From NCBI GenBank assembly GCA_039680575.1, contig JBDKSP010000023.1, positions 13,506 to 77,505 of the forward strand: a stretch of 64,000 nucleotides of DNA, read 5' to 3'. A program made the translations under genes and the position numbers. The notes under the pieces were generated by a model, which saw only the letters and a list, made by a program, of their open reading frames with translations, did not search any database and had not been told where the DNA came from. Shown in pieces: positions 56,091 through 64,000 of this stretch (the first letter of the stretch is position 1; the number at the start of each line of letters is the position of its first letter). Source of the stretch: Armatimonadota bacterium. GTDB lineage: Bacteria; Armatimonadota; UBA5829; DTLH01.

Positions 56091-57302
56091 TTGAGACACC
56101 ATAATATCAACTTTATAAAGCTTATGCAGGTGTGTAGTATTATTTTACTCGTGTCAGTTCCTTGTTATAGCAACAGTACAGAACAAACACTGCCACGTGG
56201 GGTTGTTGCGTTCAGTGCTCTCGTGGATCCAAATGAATATACCGCAGACGGCGGCTGCTATGACTTGTTCCTTCAGACTACCCATGGATGTAAAGTCACA
56301 CAACTGACTAACCGCATAACTACACCAAAGCTTAAATTGGGTGGTGCCATCAGAGAACCGTTATTCTCTCACGATGGAAAGCGTGTGATTTTCCTTGCAG
56401 ATTACTCGAATTCTGACGATAGACGGATGACAATGACTGGTTCGTTGCCTTATCCAAATACGTTTCTCAATGTCTGGGAGGTGCAGCTTGATACACAGAA
56501 AGTCTCGCCTGTAACAAAGGGAGACTGGGGATGGCGTATTTTCGGATGGTCACCGGATGACCATTATATTTGTGCTGTTTATCAGATAAAGCAGGGATTT
56601 CTGGAACAGGACAAACCCATACCAAATGACATCTACGTTTGGGATATGAATATGCGAAAAGGACAAAAACTTGCTCGTGTCCCAAATGGGGTAGAATATG
56701 CCTTCTGGTCGCATGATGGAAAGAGTATCCTCTATCAGAGTTGTTACAGTGGGAATCTCTACTCGGTTCCGCGTGAAGGTGGTGAATCAAATGTACTACT
56801 TCATGGGAAAGTCGGCCGATATGGGTACAATTTCTCACCGGATGGCCGGAAAATTGCGTATGTGGATGGCGATACAATCTATATAGCTAACACAAACGGC
56901 ACTAAACCAAAGCCGATCCTCAAGATGAGTAAGAACTCCTATCCGCCAGAGTATTGCTGGTCAAGAGACAGTAAAAAACTGGCAATAGTGACAAATGAGC
57001 CGTTGGAAAACTCTCTGGATTCAACTAACTTCCGTGTCTATGATGATAACACGGGGAAGGATGGAGTCGTTGCTACATTGCATGAATCTGTCAAGAATCC
57101 AGTGTGGTCACGGGATGGACAGTGGCTCATTGTGAAGAAATGGGATGCAGGTAGCACCGAGAAACCCGATCCCAAAACCGGATGGCACATGTTCCGTCGC
57201 GAAGGATTATTGGCGGTTTCGGTTACCGATGGCCACGTTGTTATATTAAAGGAACCGAATGAAGAGACAAAAGGATTGGATTGGGTCGAGATAGCTAATT
57301 AG
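56091..57302 (+). CDS. Secreted PD40/TolB-like beta-propeller protein (TTG start)
   Basis: 403 aa. Signal sequence, then repeated PD40 motifs FSHDGKRVIF, WSPDDHYICA, WSHDGKSILY, FSPDGRKIAYVDGDTIYIANTNG, WSRDSKKLAI, WSRDGQWLIV. Confidence 0.75.
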   Translation: MRHHNINFIKLMQVCSIILLVSVPCYSNSTEQTLPRGVVAFSALVDPNEYTADGGCYDLFLQTTHGCKVTQLTNRITTPKLKLGGAIREPLFSHDGKRVIFLADYSNSDDRRMTMTGSLPYPNTFLNVWEVQLDTQKVSPVTKGDWGWRIFGWSPDDHYICAVYQIKQGFLEQDKPIPNDIYVWDMNMRKGQKLARVPNGVEYAFWSHDGKSILYQSCYSGNLYSVPREGGESNVLLHGKVGRYGYNFSPDGRKIAYVDGDTIYIANTNGTKPKPILKMSKNSYPPEYCWSRDSKKLAIVTNEPLENSLDSTNFRVYDDNTGKDGVVATLHESVKNPVWSRDGQWLIVKKWDAGSTEKPDPKTGWHMFRREGLLAVSVTDGHVVILKEPNEETKGLDWVEIAN

Positions 57303-57314
57303 CACTGCATATAG

Positions 57315-57348
57315 GGCTCCCGTGGATAGAAGCGGGAGCCATTTTTTA
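57315..57348 (+). terminator. Rho-independent terminator
   Basis: GGCTCCCG (57315-57322) pairs with CGGGAGCC (57333-57340), followed by ATTTTTTATT. Confidence 0.8.
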
Positions 57349-57580
57349 TTATAAATCTATCTTTAGTAAAACTTAGCATTCGTGCAGTGCAAGAACATAA
57401 AAGCTGGGACTTGCCGATTTAGTCAAATCCTTCTACCTTTCCTGCTTTCGTAGATGAGATATTCTGACGTTATCGTACTATTTACATATCGCTTGCTGTA
57501 CGCTAAATTCCACATGTCCAACCCCAAGAATTGCTTTGGGATCGAATAATCCACTAGTTTATCAGTAGACTTCCCCACTT

Positions 57581-59182
57581 ATGAAAAACTGCTTCATTTA
57601 CTGCCGTGTATCCACAGAGGAGCAAGCAGATAAAGGACACTCTCTCGATACCCAAGAAAGACTATGCCGAGATTTTGCAAAACATGGCGAATATGCAGTG
57701 AAAGAGATATTTCGAGACGAAGGAAAGAGTGCCACTAACCTGGAAAGGCCAGCTCTAAAGGAGTTGCTTTCAAGGTGTACAGAGAGCCAAATCGATGCTG
57801 TCATAGTTCAAGAGACAGATCGGTTAGCAAGAAACACTAAGGATCATCTCACCATAAAAGCAGTTCTCAAGAAGGCAGGAATCAAACTTATATCTGTTGC
57901 TCAACCTATGCTCGATGATAGCCCCGAGGGCATGATGATTGATACGATATTAGCCAGTGTTAATCAGTTTCAGTCGGATATTAATGGGCGTAAAGCCAAA
58001 AGGGGACTTGAAGAAAAGTTCAATATGGGATGGTGGCCTGGTTGGGCTCCAGTTGGTTATATCAATGTAACAGTAGAAGGCAATGGAGATGTCAGCAAGA
58101 GTCTTAGGATTATTAAAAAAGACCCTGATAAATGGCATCTGGTTCGAGAGGGTTTCGATCTCTATCTTACAGGTAATTATTCTGCCGATGAGGTTACTGA
58201 TATCCTTAACGAAAAAGGGCTGCGCTCCAAATATGGAAGGAAAATCGCCCACAGTGTAATGGTTAATACCTTAAAGAATCCTTTTTATGCTGGAGTTATC
58301 AGCTGGAATGGCAAGAAGTGTGTAGGAAAACATGAGCCCATGATAACCCTGAAAGAACACGAACGGGTATTGCATATAATGGAATCCCATAATGTCCATG
58401 CGTGTAGAAGGCGAAAGCATAACTTTCTTTTACGCGGCTTTGCCTTCTGTAATATCTGCGGCTATCGGTACACTGCCGAAATTCATCAAGTGAAAAAGAA
58501 ATCATACTACCACTGTGCTGCTATGAGAACACATAGTAATCTTGGACAAAATATTGAGACACTGGAACTCGAACGGGCGGTTGAGAAACAGTTTAGGAAA
58601 ATTCAATTCACTGAAGATTTTGCTCAACTGATCGTTGATAAACTGAGAACAATATATCTTGGTAAAAGGGAATCGACTACCTCTCAGAAACAGGCTCTTT
58701 ACAATCAGAAGAAAGCTATCGAAATGAGACGCGATAAAGCTGAGGAAAAGCTTTTCGATGGATTAATTTCAGATGAAGATTTCTCCAGAATTCGAGCTAA
58801 ATTTAGTGCTGAGTTGGCACAGATTCAAAGCCGGATAGAAGAACTTGATGCTCAACAAGATATTGATATAGATGTTGTTCAGGAAATTCTAAGGCTTTCT
58901 CGTAATATCTACAAAGCATATTTAAAAGCTCCTCAAGAGTTGAAACGTCAGTATCTGGCGCTATTTTGGGATAAATTTCTAATACAGGATAAGAAAATCG
59001 TTAAGGCAATTCCAACAGATCTAGTACTGGCTCTTCAGCAGGAGCAAAAAGTTATAATAAGCATTGATTGGTTCCCCAGTCCGGCACTTACTATAACTAT
59101 TGAAGACAGAAAGTATATGAAAGCCATAAGAAAAAAACTGCAAGAGATCCTCGACTATAATCTCTTGCTCAATGCTGCATAG
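57581..59182 (+). CDS. Large serine recombinase 2
   Basis: 533 aa. FIYCRVSTEEQ, ETDRLARNT, recombinase domain, Cys-rich CNICGYRY...YYHC, long coiled coil. Only distantly similar to recombinase 1. Confidence 0.9.
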   Translation: MKNCFIYCRVSTEEQADKGHSLDTQERLCRDFAKHGEYAVKEIFRDEGKSATNLERPALKELLSRCTESQIDAVIVQETDRLARNTKDHLTIKAVLKKAGIKLISVAQPMLDDSPEGMMIDTILASVNQFQSDINGRKAKRGLEEKFNMGWWPGWAPVGYINVTVEGNGDVSKSLRIIKKDPDKWHLVREGFDLYLTGNYSADEVTDILNEKGLRSKYGRKIAHSVMVNTLKNPFYAGVISWNGKKCVGKHEPMITLKEHERVLHIMESHNVHACRRRKHNFLLRGFAFCNICGYRYTAEIHQVKKKSYYHCAAMRTHSNLGQNIETLELERAVEKQFRKIQFTEDFAQLIVDKLRTIYLGKRESTTSQKQALYNQKKAIEMRRDKAEEKLFDGLISDEDFSRIRAKFSAELAQIQSRIEELDAQQDIDIDVVQEILRLSRNIYKAYLKAPQELKRQYLALFWDKFLIQDKKIVKAIPTDLVLALQQEQKVIISIDWFPSPALTITIEDRKYMKAIRKKLQEILDYNLLLNAA

Positions 59183-59465
59183 TGAACACTCTTCTACTTA
59201 TCTTTCTCCGTGCTCCGTGTTTTTAGATGCCCGTTTCTCGAGAACTTGTTGAAGAAAAAGCCTAGCGAACTGTTCAGCTGCTTGGTCTACCAAATGGTTA
59301 CGTTCTTATCTGACATTTGTTTATCTTCATCGTGTTGGTTAGCCATGATCTCCTTATTGCTTATTGGCTAGTTCTAAATCATAGGAGATAATTTGCGTTC
59401 GTACAAGAGGTTGAAGATTGGCCACATTGGATGTACCTGTATTTGGATAAAGATGACAGGGTGTC

Positions 59466-61379
59466 TCATAATTTAGATACTTCTATTTCATCTTCCTGAA
59501 ACCAACCTTCAGTTAAAACATAGTCCTGTAGCTTTTGGGGATTCGCAGTATAGGCAACAATTGCTAAGCTGTTTATTGCACGGCTGCAAGCTACATAGAA
59601 GAGACGGCGCGTCCTACTAATGCTTGTATCATTGCCTTCTTGTTCATTTTTTACATCTGTTTGAGTTTTTTCTTTTACACCAAACAGTTTTTCATAACTG
59701 AACAAGAAGCCTTTGGCTTCTTCGTCACTAAGAATGACCATCACGCGTGGAAATTCGAGCCCTTTAATACCCTGGTGTGTACCAAACTGGCTCGAATCAG
59801 TTATGTACGCATCATATGCTTCAATCTGACTAAAAGGGGCTTCCAAGCATTCTTTCCAAGCATCTAGTTCCGGTGTCTCGGTTGAATTGCTGGCATCGTT
59901 CTCTTCAGCAGGACTAGCGGCATCCTTATATTCAGCGGTATTTGAGAACGCCAACGGATATAAGCAATCTGGAATATCAAACAGCCTTGTTGTTGCAATG
60001 TTGCATAAAACATCCACAAGACGAGGATCGTTATGATCTTTCCAAAGAGATAGTAATCGAGTTACAGCATTGTGAGCTTTTTCTACTTCTTTTAGTTGAT
60101 TATCGGTAACTGCTGATAAAGTTTTTTTGCTTAGTAGCGGCGAAAACTTTCTTATAATCCGAGTTATTACAAATTGATCCGCTGTTTCTCTTGCTTTCTT
60201 GATTGGCAAAATCAGTTGAGTAAATAGTCTTAATCCAGGCAGAGAACCATCAAGTAATCCTGTTTTAAGTGTATCTATTTTGTAGATGGGGTCGAACATA
60301 TCCAAAAATCCCATTCTACTTGCAGCCATATGGTGCTCAAGTATGAGACTCTTATAATCTGATTCGTCACCAGTCCATGCAGAATCGCCAGTGACTTTGG
60401 CCATTCTCTCTGCAGCATTTTTTTCTGCAACGGCTTTATTTGTTGATGAAGGAAAAATAAATAGACGAACGACACCGGCCTGTTTATCTGTTCTTGCTTT
60501 CTGCTCTTGGCTATCTACCTGAGATCTGATTTTATTAATCAGCTTGATTATTCGCGGAGGACAACGATGGTTCATTATCTTTGCCGGTTTTAGCCAATCT
60601 TCGGGTAAATCATGTCCAAGATCAACCTTCCCGTCAGTATATATTTGCTGCATAGTATCACCGAATAATCCTAAAGAAAATCTTTCTTTATGCGCTTCTT
60701 GCACTTCGAGAAAGGCTTCCATCAGGTTCTTGTTGGTGTCCTGACTCTCATCGATCAGAAGAATCGGGAATTTCTCAACCAATATCTTTTTCATCAAGGA
60801 CTTCTCTGCAAGAAAATAAGCCCCGATAGCTATTACTTCAGCATGGCTCAGGGAGTCTTTTTCTCGATTATCACTATTTGGATTGTATCTAAAACGTTTG
60901 ATATTCTCTAAATTCTGAATTCGCTTCTTTTTATTTTCAATATCCTTCTCTCGATTCATCGATGCTTGAGTTCCACTGCGTCCTTTTTGTTGCTGTATCT
61001 CTAGCTCAGCTATCTGCTTTTCAAGATTCTGCCTCAACCACTCTTTAATGTCGCTTTGAAACCCTTTTATAAGGTCCCAGGTGAAGCTATGTATAGTGGA
61101 TACGACAAATAGAGAATCGTACTCAATCCTGCGTTTAATTTCATCGCAAGCAGCGTTAGTATATGTAATAACAGCGATTTGCTTTCCTTGATATCTGAGA
61201 CGGCTACCTCTATTCTTGCGGAATTCATTAAGAACGTTAACTAATGATCGTGTTTTACCTGACCCAGCTCCTGCGAATAAAAAGAAACTTTTTGGAGAAT
61301 CTAGGTCCAAGCAATTGCCTATTTCAACGTCGATATGATCATCAATATGGTTATCTTTTTCTAATGGTTCAATTGACAT
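59466..61379 (-). CDS. gajB: UvrD/PcrA/Rep-like SF1 helicase, GajB-like (enlarged)
   Basis: 637 aa from ATG 61379 (MSIEPLEKD). Motif I FAGAGSGKTRSL, Ia VITYTNAACDEI, Ib TIHSFTW, II LLIDESQDTN, III LFGDTMQQIY, V KGLEFPRVMV, VI LFYVACSRA. The start overlaps the upstream gene's stop by 11 nt (ATGTCAATTGA). Confidence 0.7.
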   Translation of the reverse strand: MSIEPLEKDNHIDDHIDVEIGNCLDLDSPKSFFLFAGAGSGKTRSLVNVLNEFRKNRGSRLRYQGKQIAVITYTNAACDEIKRRIEYDSLFVVSTIHSFTWDLIKGFQSDIKEWLRQNLEKQIAELEIQQQKGRSGTQASMNREKDIENKKKRIQNLENIKRFRYNPNSDNREKDSLSHAEVIAIGAYFLAEKSLMKKILVEKFPILLIDESQDTNKNLMEAFLEVQEAHKERFSLGLFGDTMQQIYTDGKVDLGHDLPEDWLKPAKIMNHRCPPRIIKLINKIRSQVDSQEQKARTDKQAGVVRLFIFPSSTNKAVAEKNAAERMAKVTGDSAWTGDESDYKSLILEHHMAASRMGFLDMFDPIYKIDTLKTGLLDGSLPGLRLFTQLILPIKKARETADQFVITRIIRKFSPLLSKKTLSAVTDNQLKEVEKAHNAVTRLLSLWKDHNDPRLVDVLCNIATTRLFDIPDCLYPLAFSNTAEYKDAASPAEENDASNSTETPELDAWKECLEAPFSQIEAYDAYITDSSQFGTHQGIKGLEFPRVMVILSDEEAKGFLFSYEKLFGVKEKTQTDVKNEQEGNDTSISRTRRLFYVACSRAINSLAIVAYTANPQKLQDYVLTEGWFQEDEIEVSKL

Positions 61380-63687
61380 TGGCTTTCTCCACTGCAAGAA
61401 CTTTGGAAGCATCTGATCCGATAGTTTGTTCGCTATCCAGTTGTTGCTCTAACCAGGAAAGACCTCCAGCGATATAAGTAGGCACCTTAAGCGCGTTAGG
61501 ATCTTGCAGAAAAAGAAGTTCGAGGGCAAATTCTGCTTTCTTGGCCGTTCCTAATTCATTAAATAGTTTAGTCCCTAAGCCAGAAACAGTTGATGCATTA
61601 ACAATAGCTTGTTTGCACTTTGCTATCAGTCCTGTTCCTTCCAATTCTCTGAATGTTTCTAGATTCTCGAAGATTAAGGCATCTTCAAATGTATAAGGAA
61701 GGGCTTCCTCATTCTTATCTTTCAGCTTTATGGTTATGGGGTATTGATACGAGGCTCGGACTCGCGAATCGTTATATTCCTTTATTTTTTCTTCAGGCTT
61801 TAGATCTAGCAAAGCGTCTATCTTCGATTTGGCAGGCACCCATTCTTTAATTGTAGAGTTTCTGGTTTCGTATTCTTTGCCTCTCTCTGGTTGAACAGCT
61901 ACTCTATTATTATTAACATCCACAGCATCTAGATCTGTGATGATAAGGGTAGTCAGCCCCAATTTCTCAATAAGCGGTCTAAGGCGATGGGCATGACTTC
62001 CACCAATTTCTAATAATGAGATGTAGCTTTTATCGAGCTTCTGAAAATGCTGACGAATGAAATGAGGAAGAAGTATCCTTTCTGCTGGCCCTTCAACGAT
62101 CATTGCTGCGTCTGCAAAGAAAAGATCACAATGTGTGGATTTGAGGTATCTAGCCGCGAATTTTAGCGTTTCATTTTCTGGACCGAAAACGTCTGACAAG
62201 TTGACTACAGTGGAAGTTGGTACTTCAGTCCCTGCCCTAGATCGTTTCCTGCGAAAATAACGAAGACAAGAGAAATCTATCTCATGGGCAATGTGGCTAG
62301 AGTGTGTACTAACAATCAACTGTGTTGATAAACCCGCATTCTCACCTAAAGCATCGTGCTTCCGCAGAATTTCGTATGCTTTACGTATGAAAACTTGTTG
62401 GACTTGCATGTGAAGGTAGGCTTCCGGTTCCTCTATTAACACAAGGTGTAGCGGCTGTATGAGAGAATCCCTTCCTTGTTCAAAAGCTTTTTGGGCGACT
62501 TTTCCTACTTTCATCCATTCGTCACGGAATCTCATCAATCTGAAAACCATAGAAATTAAGTTTTGGTAGCCCAATCCGTTGTGTTGCTCAGGCAGCCTTA
62601 ATAGGTTCTCGTTCTTGTTGGAGCCGAAATTGTTTAATTCATATTGGACAGCAGAATTATGATTAAGGCCTTCGATTGGCCTTATTTTTGTTGAAATGGT
62701 TATGCGAGGGTCTGAGAATCCAGGATATCCCAAAGATTCAAGTTCGCCTATAGCACTGCTAAAACCATCTGATAATTTCTTATCAAATGTTTGCTGAGCT
62801 TCTTCAATTGCTTTGAGTGCATCCATGTCATTCACATCTGGAAATTCCATTGGATTCAGATGTTTATCATAATAGCTCCTTAACTGTGAAGAAAGGCATC
62901 CACGCAATTTGAAAGAAGAATCAGTATTTTCATCCGAACGAATGTTACCATCGGAATCAGAAAATCCACGTTGAGCATCAATGGTATTTATTAGAATCAA
63001 GCCTTTAAATGGATCCAGGTCATCAAGTCTGTTTTCATCTATGGTCTCTTGAGGATTTGCAGCTTCACTTTTTGCTAGTTTTGATGGGTCAAGAGTGTAT
63101 GCACATAGTGCAAAGTGTTGGTTTAAGCGTTTCTCAAGAAACTCCTGCATGTTCCTGGGCCATAATCGCAAATCTGAGCAGGCTGTAGTTTCCTTTCCGG
63201 TCTTGAATGAGTCTTCGTATTCCTTAATAAGCTGATTTGTTGATTTACGACTGGCGCAATAATCTTTGAAAAGCTCTTCCATTTGTTTTGGCTCTAGTCT
63301 TAGCCGAACCCCTAGAAGACCGCCTTTCCAATCTAGTGTTGGAATTAAATGGATAACATGATGGATTTCATTATCAGCAACTTCAAGCCATATATCCATC
63401 GATGGCAGATATGGTTCCCATAGATTGAGGGATATATCTATACTATCAGTTGAAGGTTCGTCCTTTTCCCAATTTGATCCAATCTTGTTGATTTCTATCC
63501 AATTCGACAGCGTAAAATCCGTGGTGCTAAAATTGTTCTTTTTGCATAAGAATTTGTATAAGGCAGCCATAGCAGAGGTCTTTCCACTATTGTTTGCGCC
63601 GACAAACACAGTTGTTTCATCAGCGAAGTCAATGCGGCAAGACTTTAATTTTCTGAAATTTTGTATTTCGATAAACTTTATCTTCAT
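61369..63687 (-). CDS. gajA: OLD-family ATP-dependent nuclease (ABC-type ATPase plus Toprim), GajA-like (enlarged)
   Basis: 772 aa from ATG 63687 (RBS GAGGTG; MKIKFIEIQNFRKLK). Walker A VGANNSGKTS, Walker B LVLIEEPEAYLH, STHSSH, Toprim glutamate MIVEGPAERILLP, DxD LIITDLDAVD. Confidence 0.7.
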   Translation of the reverse strand: MKIKFIEIQNFRKLKSCRIDFADETTVFVGANNSGKTSAMAALYKFLCKKNNFSTTDFTLSNWIEINKIGSNWEKDEPSTDSIDISLNLWEPYLPSMDIWLEVADNEIHHVIHLIPTLDWKGGLLGVRLRLEPKQMEELFKDYCASRKSTNQLIKEYEDSFKTGKETTACSDLRLWPRNMQEFLEKRLNQHFALCAYTLDPSKLAKSEAANPQETIDENRLDDLDPFKGLILINTIDAQRGFSDSDGNIRSDENTDSSFKLRGCLSSQLRSYYDKHLNPMEFPDVNDMDALKAIEEAQQTFDKKLSDGFSSAIGELESLGYPGFSDPRITISTKIRPIEGLNHNSAVQYELNNFGSNKNENLLRLPEQHNGLGYQNLISMVFRLMRFRDEWMKVGKVAQKAFEQGRDSLIQPLHLVLIEEPEAYLHMQVQQVFIRKAYEILRKHDALGENAGLSTQLIVSTHSSHIAHEIDFSCLRYFRRKRSRAGTEVPTSTVVNLSDVFGPENETLKFAARYLKSTHCDLFFADAAMIVEGPAERILLPHFIRQHFQKLDKSYISLLEIGGSHAHRLRPLIEKLGLTTLIITDLDAVDVNNNRVAVQPERGKEYETRNSTIKEWVPAKSKIDALLDLKPEEKIKEYNDSRVRASYQYPITIKLKDKNEEALPYTFEDALIFENLETFRELEGTGLIAKCKQAIVNASTVSGLGTKLFNELGTAKKAEFALELLFLQDPNALKVPTYIAGGLSWLEQQLDSEQTIGSDASKVLAVEKANVN

Positions 63688-63952
63688 GTTAAGCACCTCG
63701 ACAATTGTAACTTTATGATAGCACCTCAGCAATTTTTGGTAAATCTTTAAGCCTGGCAGGAATTATATTGATTAACCCTACAAGAATAGAATTTCGCTAA
63801 AATTACACTTGTTTGTGCCTACCTTTTCTGCCAATTTGCTTCTTTGAGCATATTCTCCTATTTATTGTGGTAGTATTGGCTTGGTAATCTAGGGGGCAGA
63901 ATTGGTTATGGAATGTACGTAGCACTAGGTGCTGAAAAAATAAGGTCGAGTT

Positions 63953-63992
63953 AAAATAAGGAGATTAGAACTAGTTCTAGTCTCCTTATTTT
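63953..63992. terminator. Bidirectional-looking hairpin at the window end
   Basis: AAAATAAGGAGATTAGAAC and GTTCTAGTCTCCTTATTTT (one mismatch), flanked by A-run and T-run. No gene context is visible. Confidence 0.35.
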
Positions 63993-64000
63993 GGCTCCCG

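Larger units (their letters stand above)
44280..64000. mobile_element. AT-richer integrated genomic island(s) carrying two large serine recombinases; right end beyond the window
   Basis: There is an abrupt visible compositional change just after the hisK-type gene stop. Recombinases lie at 44.0-45.8 kb and 57.6-59.2 kb, with a TraD-like ATPase, an orphan methylase and a defence pair. No core-metabolism genes occur to the right of 44.3 kb. Confidence 0.65.

Noticed and set aside
59287-59346. 19-codon minus-strand micro-ORF (MANQHDEDKQMSDKNVTIW) with AAGGAGA 3 nt upstream, between recombinase 2 and the helicase gene
   Set aside because: The SD-to-ATG spacing is too short, the ORF is tiny, and no conservation evidence is available. 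It is recorded only as something ribosome profiling could test.
59466-63687. Alternative identities for the OLD/helicase pair: PARIS (AriA/AriB), retron-associated OLD, P2 Old-type class 1
   Set aside because: In PARIS the ATPase and Toprim are separate proteins and there is no helicase. No reverse transcriptase or msr/msd-like structure is adjacent. Class-1 OLD genes are solitary. A fused ATPase-Toprim followed by a coupled UvrD-like helicase fits the class-2/Gabija arrangement best.

Overview
Bacterial chromosomal segment in two compositionally distinct parts; composition was judged by eye, not computed.

**Core genome (1 to ~44,280), GC-rich.** The organism is probably diderm: it has an SLH-anchored OmpM-like protein, TolC/MFP/RND efflux and a PEP-CTERM protein. 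The phylum cannot be assigned from this window. Contents, left to right:
- NfeD-stomatin pair and araB.
- A ~9 kb minus-strand envelope-export operon: AbrB-like regulator, ABC-2 exporter, LolA-like protein, TolC-MFP-RND.
- psuG and a carbohydrate cluster: GH31, SGNH esterase, and an uncharacterised GH-like protein.
- A PyrR-attenuated pyrimidine operon: pyrR-pyrB-pyrC-(small TM ORF)-pyrE-carA-carB.
- A frameshifted PEP-CTERM gene, a cysteine desulfurase with a MarR regulator, and hisH-hisA.
- An orphan sugar-ABC permease and prfB with its programmed +1 frameshift.
- A 5'-nucleotidase-like protein, an M28 peptidase and a PHP histidinol phosphatase.

Almost every operon boundary, and two junctions inside the pyr/car operon, carries hairpin-rich MITE/REP-like repeats. 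One family shows compensatory stem changes.

**AT-richer integrated island (~44,280 to the window end).** It abuts the 3' end of the histidinol-phosphatase gene. Contents:
- Two divergent large serine recombinases. The first has no stop codon inside the island and reads antisense into the host gene.
- A soluble TraD/VirD4-like ATPase.
- An operon of small ORFs, an HExxH protein, an orphan Dam-type methylase and a catalytically degenerate resolvase-domain protein.
- An XRE regulator next to a five-gene exported module: an NPCBM lipoprotein, a 1009-aa multidomain protein with a C25-like Cys-peptidase tail, two genes carrying three copies of an unrecognised ~130-aa domain, and a PD40 beta-propeller.
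- An enlarged OLD-nuclease/UvrD-helicase (Gabija-type) defence pair.

The best candidates for something undescribed are the exported module and the HExxH-Dam-dead-resolvase operon. No tRNA, rRNA or CRISPR array was recognised.
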